DNA from: a virus
Strand: one strand, 5' to 3'
Virus record (IMG/VR): IMGVR_UViG_3300045988_175715
Length of the DNA: 41,252 nt
This document shows positions 19,448 through 29,116 of the stretch, piece by piece. Positions within the stretch are counted from its first letter, which is position 1; each line of letters begins with the position of its first letter. The notes below the pieces were generated by a model. The model saw nothing but the letters and a program-made list of their open reading frames with translations. It did no database searches and was not told the origin of the DNA. A program made the translations under genes and the position numbers.

Positions 19448-20695
19448 TCATTGAAGATTCATCGAAGATTTGGCCGTCGAGTAGAAGCGCACATTGTTGG
19501 TACCAACCCAAGTAAATACTTTCTTCTCATTGACGAAGCCCTGCAAAATGGCACTGAAGTCAGCGTCCCGCATATCCTTAGCTGCGAGGCGGCTAAGTTC
19601 TGTATAGGTAATTGGGGCCTCTGACTGCCTGATGTAATCAAGCAGCTTCTGCTTAGCCTCACTCAATTTACTCAAACCATATTCACCAAGTGCCTCAGGC
19701 ATTAGTGCCTCCGTTGTGCTCAAAATCTCATCGGCATCTTCATAGATTTCTTTTGTTAATGTAGTACTGTTTGATAAGATGGCGATTGACATTGCCGTCT
19801 TAATTAAGTGTATATGTCGCCGCGCGTTGTAATACGTGAAGCGGAAATCCTTAACTTGCTTATTTAACATATAGAGGTTATCTAAAAATTCTGCTGCTTC
19901 TGGTGTTTCATCGAATGTCGTGTTGCGATATATGAACTCAATGTTCTTGAAGGCGTCAATTAACTCAGGCATCTTATCCGGCGTGAAAAATCTTGGCCTC
20001 GGAATCTGCTTTTCCTTAGAACCATATACAAATATGCACCTACTTACGAAGCCCTGCTCCATTTGCTCGGGCGGCAAAATTTTGGCCAGAGTTGCTGGAG
20101 TTATTGCTGATAATATGTTAATTAAGGGTTCTTTAATTTCTATTCCTTGCCTATTGTAATCTGAGCCGTCCCATAAGTGACTCAAGGTTGTGAATAACTT
20201 AAACGAGCCGGTTCCTGCAAATGTACTAAATTCACTATTTAAGATTAAGGGAGTGCTGAAATTCTTACTTCTTACTTTACATTCTATGTTACTTGTGTCT
20301 GAATTTAACAGGTCGCTTATATCATCTTCTGGTACTATGTGCTCATACTTAAGTAACTTCTTCTCGAGGCGCTTCTGCTGAACATTGGTGATGCCGGCCA
20401 TAAATTGAACCAAGCCGTTACTTCCGGCCTCAAGTTCATTGGGGGCTAAAGTAACATAGCTGGGAATTAGCGGCCTTATTGTATTTATCACCGTTGACTT
20501 TCTGACTCCGGCGTTGCCTACTAAGAGTATCATCTGATTGGGCCAAATTGTCGTGTCGCCTAATTGAAAGGATACTTCCCGAGCGGCACAAGCAGATGCT
20601 ATCCCAAGTAAGCTCCATACAAGGAAAAGCTCCGGAGCTTCTGTATATTGGTTGAGTTCAATGAAGCGCTTAATTAACTTGTTGTGTATGCGCAT
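19448..20695 (-). CDS. P-loop NTPase with a deviant Walker A. Possibly a replication-associated ATPase of the VirE/D5 type.
   Basis: The LLVGNAGVRKSTVI motif is the basis for the call. Confidence is low. Confidence 0.35.
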   Translation of the reverse strand: MRIHNKLIKRFIELNQYTEAPELFLVWSLLGIASACAAREVSFQLGDTTIWPNQMILLVGNAGVRKSTVINTIRPLIPSYVTLAPNELEAGSNGLVQFMAGITNVQQKRLEKKLLKYEHIVPEDDISDLLNSDTSNIECKVRSKNFSTPLILNSEFSTFAGTGSFKLFTTLSHLWDGSDYNRQGIEIKEPLINILSAITPATLAKILPPEQMEQGFVSRCIFVYGSKEKQIPRPRFFTPDKMPELIDAFKNIEFIYRNTTFDETPEAAEFLDNLYMLNKQVKDFRFTYYNARRHIHLIKTAMSIAILSNSTTLTKEIYEDADEILSTTEALMPEALGEYGLSKLSEAKQKLLDYIRQSEAPITYTELSRLAAKDMRDADFSAILQGFVNEKKVFTWVGTNNVRFYSTAKSSMNLQ

Positions 20696-20772
20696 CTTAA
20701 TGATATTCCTTTCTTAATGGAGGGCGAACCTCAGGGCCGCCCTCGCACTTTACCGTACATTAACTTTAAGAG

Positions 20773-20964
20773 TTAAGCAGCTGCCGGTTTAAGAGCTACC
20801 AGCTCAGCAGCCAGCAGCTTAGCTACGTGCGGCGGAATCTGGCACAACTCAGGGGCGATAGTCTGGCTATCGTAAGTGCCGTCGCCAATAGACTCAAGCA
20901 ACTCAACGAGGCTATCATAGTCATCTGCCCACATCGGAGCCGCAGTCTTAATTACTTCTGCCAT
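20773..20964 (-). CDS. Small acidic hypothetical protein of 63 aa
   Basis: ATG with ribosome-binding site AAGGAAA (MAEVIKT...). Confidence 0.35.
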   Translation of the reverse strand: MAEVIKTAAPMWADDYDSLVELLESIGDGTYDSQTIAPELCQIPPHVAKLLAAELVALKPAAA

Positions 20965-21044
20965 CTTAATTTCCTTTCTTATGTTAATTGAGTTAAAACA
21001 AATGTACCGGCTTGGTGGTACCATTACATAATAATTCATTTTCT

Positions 21045-21605
21045 TTAATTTGTCAAGTCAGGGCGCTTTTCTAAAAGTTCGCTAATTACCTCGTCCAAAT
21101 ATTCGCGCTCCATTATCCAGTCGTGGCAAAGTATAGTGGTTTTATGAATAGCTTTTACTTCTTCGGGGAATTCGTAGAAGTCCATTAAGGTAACTGCTGG
21201 TGTTTGATTATCTTCACCTGAGCAGTAGCTTATGCTGCCACGCAAGCCTCGCTGGCTAATGTACTGGCACATTTTAAGCATGTCATCAGCGCTGGCAAAT
21301 CTGTAAACTTCCTTGACCAGGCCGAATTTTTCCCTCCACTCTTGCTGAAGTTTGTAGAAGTCAATTAAGTTTGGAACTTCATCACCTGTGAATATTCGCT
21401 TTACTTCATATTCTGTAGTTGGGATTCCGAAAGTTAATTCGACAACCTCAAATATATGACCATCAATAACTCTGGTTTGCCAGGCCGGCTTTTTGCCATA
21501 CTGGCTAATTAACTTCAACGAGTCAATTTCCGTCCCGAATAAATTTGGGTACTTGAGTATTGTGCTGATACAATCATCTAATCTTTCTTTCAGTATGTTC
21601 GTCAT
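21045..21605 (-). CDS. Hypothetical protein of 186 aa, translationally coupled to the DNA polymerase gene
   Basis: Its start codon lies 1 nt after the polymerase stop, with ribosome-binding site AAAGGA. Confidence 0.45.
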   Translation of the reverse strand: MTNILKERLDDCISTILKYPNLFGTEIDSLKLISQYGKKPAWQTRVIDGHIFEVVELTFGIPTTEYEVKRIFTGDEVPNLIDFYKLQQEWREKFGLVKEVYRFASADDMLKMCQYISQRGLRGSISYCSGEDNQTPAVTLMDFYEFPEEVKAIHKTTILCHDWIMEREYLDEVISELLEKRPDLTN

Positions 21606-21606
21606 T

Positions 21607-24066
21607 TTATAAAGTCCTTTCTTCTAAAGTGTGTAATTTGCTCAGGGCGAAATTTTCGAAGTCGCCTAACTTATATGTGCTCATTAACCGTTTAGACCAA
21701 AAGCGGCCTACTTCACATTCAACGGGTACATGGAACTGGTGGCCATTGTAGTTAATTGGCGCCATCATCTGCTTCATAATCGAGTCTAAGAGGTGTAGTT
21801 TGCTTTCTCGAATGAAGAAGACAATGGAGTCATGCACCTGAACCACCGGAATGAAGTCGCCGGCTTTCAGAGCTTCCTTCATTAACTTGCCATATTCAGG
21901 ATACTCCATTGAGTCAAATTCCTGAGAGCGGCCCTCGAAGTAAGTGTTGACTAAGAAGCGGTTCATTAAACCAGCTGTTCCACCCTGCCCCTTGTAAGCA
22001 GCTATCTGCCGCAAAACTCCATCGACTTTCTCTTTATCCATCTTAATTGGGAACCACGTGGTAAATCCGAAGGCAGTTGAGATGAGTCCTTGATTCGCCG
22101 TTTGCTCGCCGTAGAGGGTGTAGTGCCAGTGAAGTAACTTCGGATATTGTGCTCTGTACCTGCGAAGCGCAATTTCGCATAACTTAATGAAGTCCTTTGT
22201 TACTTTAGGCTTCGGCAGGCCGAGCCGCTCGGCCATCTGCTGAAGTCCCGTTGTGCCGATTTCCGTTAGCAACCTAGCGTACATAGTCCTCGCTGTCATA
22301 AAGTAGTTGCCGCCGTGGCTAATTGGCTTTACGAGTTTTCGGGCGCTGTGCTTATCTCCTTTGTGCGCCAGCACTTCCTCGTAGGGGATTCCAAATACCT
22401 GACTTGCGTGAACCGCATGCGTATCTCTGTCATCAGTAACTACTTGAAACATCTTCTCGTCCGTTGAAGCGGCTACGAAATAAGTATCTGCTTGGCTGTA
22501 GTCGATGTCGGCAATTAAGTAGCCTTGCGGCGCAACGAAAGCTTCCCGAATTTCGGCCGTGATGTTCTGCAAGTTGCGGCCTTTATTGAAGTCCGTTGCC
22601 TTGGCGTTGGCTCTCGAGGTAATTGTGCCCGTGGCGTTAAGCTTGCAGCTTATCTCCGATGTGTTAAGCAGCTTCCCAAAGTCGCTCACGAACTTGTTAT
22701 TCTCTTGATATTCCTTGAGCTTGTTTGCGAACCACTCAATTAACGGGTGCTGCTTAGCTAACTGACTTAATGTGTCGGCGTCCGTGCTCAGGGCCCCGCC
22801 TACTGGTGTGGCTTTAAGTAAGTCGTAAAAGATTTTTCGCTTCGTTGCCACGCTGTTAATGTTGAAGTTAGGCAGGGCGTCGGCGAAGATATATTCGAAG
22901 AGTGCTTTTACCTTATTGGACTTAATTGACTTACCCTGGATAATCTGGGTTAAGTGCTCGCGGTCAACAGGGAAGCTGTGGAACTGCATTTCCATATAAA
23001 TTAAGTTCAAGCGGTGAATCTGGCCGTAATTTCGGGGCGCCCACTTGTAGTGGAAGTTAATTAACTGCAACATATAAAACAAGTTAGTTAGCGTCTGGAA
23101 TGAATCGAGGGCGCAGTAGCGTAGGTAGCGCTTGTATCCATCAACTGTGTGTGGCATTCCGCTTTCCTTAACATCAAGGTCATCTTCCTCACCTCCTCGA
23201 ATCTCCTCTTTCCAATACTTGTACATTGGGTTGACCGAGCTACTTACGTGCCATAGAGCTTTGCGACTCAGCGAATGCATTGAGTAGAAGAGATACTGGG
23301 TGTCCCATCTATAGGCCCAAGCTGGACAACTGTACTTAATTAGGTATGAGTTGTCATAGGTGCCGTTGTGGAAAACGAACCTAATGGCGGTGTTGCTGTG
23401 CAACATTTTAAGTAAGACAAGCTTCTCAAGATACACCTGAATGTTGGATTCGCCGAGGCGGTTTCCGGAGGCATACTCAATTAAGTCGACGCAGAAACTC
23501 AGTGGGGCTTTTGGGTTTGCCAAGTTAATTAGGGTGTATGAGATGCAGGTGATAAGTGAGTTACTGGTTTCAATGTCGCAGCCAATTAGCCACTCGGCGC
23601 CAGAGGCGCTACTTGAGTTCAACCACTCAACGAAGGCCCGAAATTCGGCCGTGCTGTAAATTGGCTTGTAAATGAAATTGAACTGGGGGAGTAAGTGGTA
23701 GCTAAGTAACACCGCCTTCTCACAGATGTGCTCATAGTGAATGCGGCTAGCTGGGTTGAAGAAGCTACTTATCTCTTTGCAACTCAAGTAAATGACGAAG
23801 CTGTTTTCGGCCTCTAGTGAAGTAACTTCCCCTTGGCAGAAGTGCGGCTTCTTGTGGTTGCTTGCATACTTAATGTCGTCTGTTATGAAGATGGTTTCCT
23901 TGAGGCCCAAAAGTGCTTCTTTGTTAATGAACTTGGTAACCTGATTGAAGCCCGTTAGGATTTTGACCTCGGGTTTCGGGAGGCCGAATTTTGCTGCTGA
24001 GTTAATTAACATCTGCCCCAGCATACGGTTAGCTGAATCATGGGAGCTAATGTTTAAGATAATCAT
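21607..24066 (-). CDS. Family A DNA polymerase with a 3'-5' proofreading exonuclease domain
   Basis: Exonuclease motifs are CDIETS, FHNGTYDNSYL and YCALDS. Polymerase motifs are DIDYSQADTYF (motif A), KLVKPISHGGNYFMTART (motif B) and VVQVHDSIVF (motif C). Confidence 0.8.
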   Translation of the reverse strand: MIILNISSHDSANRMLGQMLINSAAKFGLPKPEVKILTGFNQVTKFINKEALLGLKETIFITDDIKYASNHKKPHFCQGEVTSLEAENSFVIYLSCKEISSFFNPASRIHYEHICEKAVLLSYHLLPQFNFIYKPIYSTAEFRAFVEWLNSSSASGAEWLIGCDIETSNSLITCISYTLINLANPKAPLSFCVDLIEYASGNRLGESNIQVYLEKLVLLKMLHSNTAIRFVFHNGTYDNSYLIKYSCPAWAYRWDTQYLFYSMHSLSRKALWHVSSSVNPMYKYWKEEIRGGEEDDLDVKESGMPHTVDGYKRYLRYCALDSFQTLTNLFYMLQLINFHYKWAPRNYGQIHRLNLIYMEMQFHSFPVDREHLTQIIQGKSIKSNKVKALFEYIFADALPNFNINSVATKRKIFYDLLKATPVGGALSTDADTLSQLAKQHPLIEWFANKLKEYQENNKFVSDFGKLLNTSEISCKLNATGTITSRANAKATDFNKGRNLQNITAEIREAFVAPQGYLIADIDYSQADTYFVAASTDEKMFQVVTDDRDTHAVHASQVFGIPYEEVLAHKGDKHSARKLVKPISHGGNYFMTARTMYARLLTEIGTTGLQQMAERLGLPKPKVTKDFIKLCEIALRRYRAQYPKLLHWHYTLYGEQTANQGLISTAFGFTTWFPIKMDKEKVDGVLRQIAAYKGQGGTAGLMNRFLVNTYFEGRSQEFDSMEYPEYGKLMKEALKAGDFIPVVQVHDSIVFFIRESKLHLLDSIMKQMMAPINYNGHQFHVPVECEVGRFWSKRLMSTYKLGDFENFALSKLHTLEERTL

Positions 24067-24143
24067 CTTGCCTTATCCAATTATACGGTTGTAGTTAAGT
24101 GGGTGGGACGAAGCCCACCCACCTGATTTGTTTTGTGAAATGC

Positions 24144-24596
24144 CTAAGCTTTCGGTTTGAACTCGGTCCAGTCAATCTGGTTTCTGGTTACGCCGTCTTT
24201 ACCATTCTGCTCGAAAACCTTGTGCCAAGTAACCTGACCGATTGCCGAGTTAATTAAGTCCATCAAAGTTCCTTGAGTGTCTTTGTTGGCCCCAGTGTTC
24301 AGGATGGCATATTTTACTTTGCCCAAACTTTCAGCAATGTCTTCAGGAGTCTGGTTGAAGATAGGCAGGCTGTAAACCATTTTCTTGCCAATTATCTTGG
24401 AGATGTCCATTGAGCTGCTAACATCGGCGGCATCCTCAATTACGAAGTGAAAGACAATTCTGCTGCTGGTTTCATTGTCAACCTGCTTAACTTCTTCCAA
24501 TTTAAGCGCATAGGTACCTTTCGGCCACACAAAGTTAGTGGATACTTCCTTAACTTCATTAGAGTTGACGTCCAGGAAATTGATTTCATTGCTCAT
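24144..24596 (-). CDS. Hypothetical protein of 150 aa. Possibly a single-stranded DNA-binding partner of the Sak4-like ATPase.
   Basis: ORF with ribosome-binding site AAAGGA. The functional suggestion rests on position only. Confidence 0.3.
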   Translation of the reverse strand: MSNEINFLDVNSNEVKEVSTNFVWPKGTYALKLEEVKQVDNETSSRIVFHFVIEDAADVSSSMDISKIIGKKMVYSLPIFNQTPEDIAESLGKVKYAILNTGANKDTQGTLMDLINSAIGQVTWHKVFEQNGKDGVTRNQIDWTEFKPKA

Positions 24597-24672
24597 AGTA
24601 AATTCCTTTCTTTACTTATAGGTTAATGTTAATATTAATGTTATTTGAGGTGCACTTAATTGAGTGCATAAT

Positions 24673-24746
24673 CTGATTAAAGTGCGATTCAGCACTTTAA
24701 TCAGAAGAGTTGCAAGTGGTTGCAAAATAATTATAAGTGGTTACAA
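24673..24746 (-). promoter_or_regulatory. Candidate middle promoter with operator-like repeats
   Basis: TATAAT on the minus strand (plus strand 24730-24735). It is flanked by direct repeats aagtggttgcaa (24714-24725) and aagtggttacaa (24735-24746). A 13-bp perfect inverted repeat ctgattaaagtgc/gcactttaatcag lies at 24673-24704. The -35 element is weak. Confidence 0.35.
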
Positions 24747-25697
24747 GATTAGCTTGTTTGAAGTTAGTGCAATCGCTGGGCCGGAGGCTTCGTGGGCAGT
24801 TTCTGACTCAATTAACTTGATGTCGTGAATCGGCGCTTCATCGAGTTGGTGGTTGTACTTCTGGAGGATTATGCTCGGAGTTAATTCACTCGACTGGTAA
24901 ATTTTGGGCTCGAGCTGCCGCCCTCCGATGCCGCAAACTTCTGAAGTTGCTTGAGCTGAAACATAATACTTGCCGGCCCTTGAGTAGAAGTAAAGGCATT
25001 CATCGAAGTACTTACTTAGAGCCTCTGACGCATTGATGGTAGTTGACAGCGGGTAGATTTTCCGCTCAATTACCTCACCGGCTTTGTTCTTCCGCTCGAC
25101 TGTCTTGGTGTGTGAAATCACGAAGACCGAGGCCGCTAAGTTGCTGAGCCTGTCAAGGAACTCAAAGAACTCCGTTGAGAGTACCCCGTAGTACTGCTGT
25201 ACTTGACCGTTGTACAGCTTATCCTTGTCAAAGCTACCCATTACATACAGCTGCTTCTCCCTTAACTTATTGAACATACTTTCCGCGAAGCTGGTAAGCG
25301 AGTCGAGGATTATGATTGTATGCTCATCAATGCGGCTTGCGTGAATGCAAGTAAATTGACTTCTATTCTTGAGCAACCGCGCATCGCTGACCACCTCTCC
25401 AGTATCTTGGTTGTAGTAGAAGTCGCACTTGCTTATCAGGGCATTGACGAATGGCAAGATTGTGATGTGCTGCTCGTCCCTAAGCTGAAAGTAGTCGACT
25501 TTATCAAGATGCTTGAACTTGGCCGCTTGGTTGAATATGATGTTCATTGACTTGTCGCAGTCAATGTAGATGATGTGGTAACCTTTGTCAATTAAGTTGA
25601 ACACATCAGTAACAAATGTCGTCTTACCGGTCTTGCCCTCGCCAAAGCAAAGGACTTTTATGACTGGTTTCTTATTAAGATATTCACTCAATTTCAT
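24741..25697 (-). CDS. AAA_24 family ATPase, a Sak4-like recombination ATPase
   Basis: N-terminal Walker A VLCFGEGKTGKTTF. The size and architecture are typical of phage Sak4 proteins. Confidence 0.6.
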   Translation of the reverse strand: MKLSEYLNKKPVIKVLCFGEGKTGKTTFVTDVFNLIDKGYHIIYIDCDKSMNIIFNQAAKFKHLDKVDYFQLRDEQHITILPFVNALISKCDFYYNQDTGEVVSDARLLKNRSQFTCIHASRIDEHTIIILDSLTSFAESMFNKLREKQLYVMGSFDKDKLYNGQVQQYYGVLSTEFFEFLDRLSNLAASVFVISHTKTVERKNKAGEVIERKIYPLSTTINASEALSKYFDECLYFYSRAGKYYVSAQATSEVCGIGGRQLEPKIYQSSELTPSIILQKYNHQLDEAPIHDIKLIESETAHEASGPAIALTSNKLIL

Positions 25698-25766
25698 TTT
25701 AACTCTCTTCGTTCGTTAAATTAATCCAAGATACTTACGTATCACTCTATTGTGGCTTTAGCCCTG

Positions 25767-26759
25767 TTATACCTCAAGTACCTTATATATCTTCTTGGTG
25801 CTATAGGCTTTCCTCGGGTCTTCGGCTTGTTGAAGAGTTAATTGACACTCCGCACCTGATTGACACCACTCGAAAAACGGGCACCGAGTGCCATAGCTGA
25901 CGCAATTACCGCTTTTGTAATAGGCCGCCGTGCTTAGGCCGTTTGACTCAATTAACCTTACAACTTGCCGCAGCCCGTTCATCAGGTTGTCAACGCACTC
26001 TGGGGTCTTACTTAGGTACAGAGGGTTAATTGCGCATTCGGTTCCTTTGAACCTGCAGATTAAGTAAAGGACTTTGATGCTTGAGATGAGCGAGTCCGCT
26101 TCCTGCTGGTCGAACCCAAGTAAGTTCAATATGTTAGTTACGTATTCAACAGTTTGCGGGCTCAGGGCATACTTGCTTAACTCCTCTTCCTCAGAGCTGG
26201 TAGTTGACGAGGTCTTAATGTCACATACTATGATTTCGCCGTTTGTGCGGTCAATGAAGATGGCGTCAATGAAGCCAATGTAGTTGACTTTGTCAAGGGT
26301 AACCTTTCTAGGGGCTGGCGCCACTCCGTTTTTGCGTTCATTGGTGTGCGCAATTAAGTATGTTGTATCAACCTTGAACTCAATGGCCGGTTTCTCGTTG
26401 ATATAAAGTAAGTCGTAGTTGCTGTTCTCGAACCAATTAACAAGCTCCCTCAAAATGCGGTAGGCTGTTAAGAAGTGGTAATTGCCCTGCATCGCCTTCT
26501 TCAACTTAATTGGGTACTTCAACATAAGCACCTTGACTGCTCCATCTAAGTTCCTTGTGATGAGGTAGAACTGGAATGCTTCGTGGACAGCGGTGCCAAT
26601 TATCGAGGCTGCCGAGCTGTGGCGTGGCACTTCGAAGTTACTGCACTTGCTTAGGACAAAGCGCATCGGGCAGCTTCCGAAGCTGCCTAAGGAAGAGTAG
26701 CTAATTGAGATGGCATTTCTGCTCGCTTCGCTCGCTTTGCTTTCATTTGCGTCGCTCAT
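25767..26759 (-). CDS. Cas4/RecB-like PD-(D/E)XK exonuclease with an Fe-S cysteine cluster
   Basis: IVCDIKTSS is the D/ExK motif. One N-terminal Cys (FGSCPMRF) and three C-terminal Cys (CVSYGTRCPFFEWC) match the Cas4 pattern. Confidence 0.6.
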   Translation of the reverse strand: MSDANESKASEASRNAISISYSSLGSFGSCPMRFVLSKCSNFEVPRHSSAASIIGTAVHEAFQFYLITRNLDGAVKVLMLKYPIKLKKAMQGNYHFLTAYRILRELVNWFENSNYDLLYINEKPAIEFKVDTTYLIAHTNERKNGVAPAPRKVTLDKVNYIGFIDAIFIDRTNGEIIVCDIKTSSTTSSEEEELSKYALSPQTVEYVTNILNLLGFDQQEADSLISSIKVLYLICRFKGTECAINPLYLSKTPECVDNLMNGLRQVVRLIESNGLSTAAYYKSGNCVSYGTRCPFFEWCQSGAECQLTLQQAEDPRKAYSTKKIYKVLEV

Positions 26760-27577
26760 TCAGATGCCTCCATTATTTCAAGGCAATTAAGACATATGGT
26801 CTTAGCCGGCCCGAACTCTTCCTGAGGTTTCAATTCGCCGCAAACCAGACACTTGACCCACCGAACTCTTGGAGTTAATGAAAACTTGATTACGTGATTC
26901 TCCTTGATGAGCTGCAAGCGTGCATACTTCAGGGGCGTTTTTCTGACCGCTCGATTAAGTTCAATTCTAAATTGACGCTCGACCTTGGGCTGGGCCTCCG
27001 GAGCCGCGGGCCAAATTGCAGGGTCAATTAAACAGGTGCAGTTAATTGCCGCAAAGCCATCGGCATCGGCCTCATTGACTGCTGTAAGAAGCTTGTGTTC
27101 CAAGGTGGCAAAGGAGCCATTGATGTTAATTACCTTGTTGCACCACCTCCAACAGGTAGCTTTACGGCTACTATGTGAGCCAACTGCTGTTGCTTTCTTG
27201 TACTCTGCTAGCTGGCTCTTTTCCTTAATTAACTTTGTTTCTCCTTTTGAAGATTGCTTGACTTCGGCTGGCATAATTAACAGTGAGAGCAGGAAAGCGG
27301 CCTCGCGGTAGTCAATGGCTTTGATGCGCCAATCGACGGAGTTGCTTAGGTGCTTGTTGATATATTGCTTTATCGCGTCAATCGTGCTTAGTGCATAATA
27401 GTGGCTTAAAGCTACTTCGACGTAAAGGCGCTGGGCACCGGGGTTGCTTGCTATGTGGTGCTCAATTACCGGAATCAGCGTGGCGCCACAGTAGTCCATT
27501 AAGTTGTTTTCTCCCACCGCGCTTAGCTTGACTGTGCTGCTTGTATGCTGATTAGTTTGTTCACAAATCAAGTTCAT
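26756..27577 (-). CDS. Hypothetical protein of 273 aa with a C-terminal zinc ribbon
   Basis: CLVCGELKP...CLNC lies at the C-terminus. A CWRWC motif sits mid-protein. Confidence 0.4.
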   Translation of the reverse strand: MNLICEQTNQHTSSTVKLSAVGENNLMDYCGATLIPVIEHHIASNPGAQRLYVEVALSHYYALSTIDAIKQYINKHLSNSVDWRIKAIDYREAAFLLSLLIMPAEVKQSSKGETKLIKEKSQLAEYKKATAVGSHSSRKATCWRWCNKVININGSFATLEHKLLTAVNEADADGFAAINCTCLIDPAIWPAAPEAQPKVERQFRIELNRAVRKTPLKYARLQLIKENHVIKFSLTPRVRWVKCLVCGELKPQEEFGPAKTICLNCLEIMEASE

Positions 27578-28160
27578 TGTCTAGGTCCTCCAAAAATGCA
27601 AGTTGCTTAGCTTTGTTGCTCCGTTTTTCGGCCGCTTTTTCTTTACGTGCTGAACTAACTGCCGACTTCGTGGCGTACAGGCGGTCGAATGAGTTAATTA
27701 AGATGCGCATATCCTTAGGTTGAACGCAGTTTAGAACCTCGGGATTCTCCTGAAGCCGCTCCATTATGGCACTTACTGTGGTGTCGATTTGCTTCAAGTC
27801 AATGGACTCTTCTATCTTACTCAGCTCATTGTGAACCAAGGATAGCAGTTCGCTTTGCTCGCTGTTAAGCTGCAGGGCTGCGTCGGCCGCTTCTTTGGAG
27901 TACAGGTCAATTAGGTCAGCCAGTGGCGGCATCGCTTCAATGCGGTTCATATAGTCAATTGAGTCCTCAAAATTGGCCAGCGCCGTGAGGTCGGTTGACC
28001 ACACCTGAGCTGATTGAACGGCACCTATTGGGGCATTCAATAAATTGACTTCCTTCGGAGCTGAGGGCTCTTCTGCTTTGCTTTCAACATTCAATGATGT
28101 GTTGGACGCCGCAGGGCCGCCAGCTGGCAGTGTGTTAAGTAATTCATTTAAGCTAATCAT
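27561..28160 (-). CDS. Acidic coiled-coil protein of 199 aa with a C-terminal basic stretch followed by a ...DNELDL tail
   Basis: ORF inside a tightly packed operon. Two other early proteins share the same C-terminal motif. Confidence 0.45.
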   Translation of the reverse strand: MISLNELLNTLPAGGPAASNTSLNVESKAEEPSAPKEVNLLNAPIGAVQSAQVWSTDLTALANFEDSIDYMNRIEAMPPLADLIDLYSKEAADAALQLNSEQSELLSLVHNELSKIEESIDLKQIDTTVSAIMERLQENPEVLNCVQPKDMRILINSFDRLYATKSAVSSARKEKAAEKRSNKAKQLAFLEDLDNELDL

Positions 28161-28371
28161 CTTTGTCTGTTTCCTCTATGTAAAGGTTGATTATTCCGTT
28201 GTTATTATACATCAAGTCAAAGTATAAGTAAACAAAATCTTTGACTGAATGAACTTCCTGCCGCGTTATAAGTCCATTGCGACTGAATGTTACAACTATC
28301 TTAAAGGGTTGTTCTTGGCGACGCTCAATTAACTTGATATGTCGCTTAACTTCTTTCAACTTAATTGGCAT
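28153..28371 (-). CDS. Small hypothetical protein of about 72 aa
   Basis: ORF overlaps both neighbours by 8-11 nt. The start codon choice (MPIKL) is uncertain. Confidence 0.3.
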   Translation of the reverse strand: MPIKLKEVKRHIKLIERRQEQPFKIVVTFSRNGLITRQEVHSVKDFVYLYFDLMYNNNGIINLYIEETDKDD

Positions 28372-28999
28372 CGGCGGCCTCGCCTGCGGCTTCGGCTTTG
28401 CCAATGGCTTCGCCATACCTGATTAACTTCTGCTCGACCCAATTAACTTGAATACCCCAATCAGAGAATAAGCAAAGGTGGTAGCTATAGGACTGCTGTG
28501 CAAGGCACTCGTGAATGTAGCTGCTAAGCTCCCTTCGAGTTACCTTGAGTTTCTCCGAGGCAATTAAGTTATAAACAACTTTGTGGCGCCGCTGTTTCAG
28601 GTGAGAGTCAATTACCTTGATGTTCCCGAAGCAGATTTTAGAGCCGTGTTCGAGCCGGAAGTTAATTAACTCTTTCGCCGGAATCAGCTTGAGCATTCCT
28701 TGAGTCCATCTACCTGGGTACTTACTGAAGCAAGAACCCTCTGAGCCGCAGCCTGTGATAGCTGGGTGCACGGAGAAGCGAGTGATTTCATTGAGTTTCA
28801 TAAGTTCCTTGAGTGCCTTGGCAAAATCGCCCATTGAAGCATAGACGCGAAAGGTCAGCTTGGCTTTCCTGTATGCTTTAACTTCCTCGGCTAGCCTGAC
28901 GGAATTTGGGGCGGCTTTCCGCTGGGTGAACTTGCTTGACTTGGAAGTTGCTTGACGGCTTCTGGAAGCCGGCTTGGAATATCTAGTTATTGTTATCAT
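28361..28999 (-). CDS. Hypothetical protein of 212 aa
   Basis: Internal ATG (MITITRYS) has ribosome-binding site AAAGGA. Confidence 0.4.
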   Translation of the reverse strand: MITITRYSKPASRSRQATSKSSKFTQRKAAPNSVRLAEEVKAYRKAKLTFRVYASMGDFAKALKELMKLNEITRFSVHPAITGCGSEGSCFSKYPGRWTQGMLKLIPAKELINFRLEHGSKICFGNIKVIDSHLKQRRHKVVYNLIASEKLKVTRRELSSYIHECLAQQSYSYHLCLFSDWGIQVNWVEQKLIRYGEAIGKAEAAGEAADAN

Positions 29000-29116
29000 C
29001 TTAATTGTCCTTTCAGTGATGGTGGTTTTAGCCATGTTTGCTATTAATTGCGTTGCGTTGTAGGAGTTACTTTGTAGCAGGTCTGGATTCGTTATTCGTA
29101 ACCTGGGCAGTGGGCA

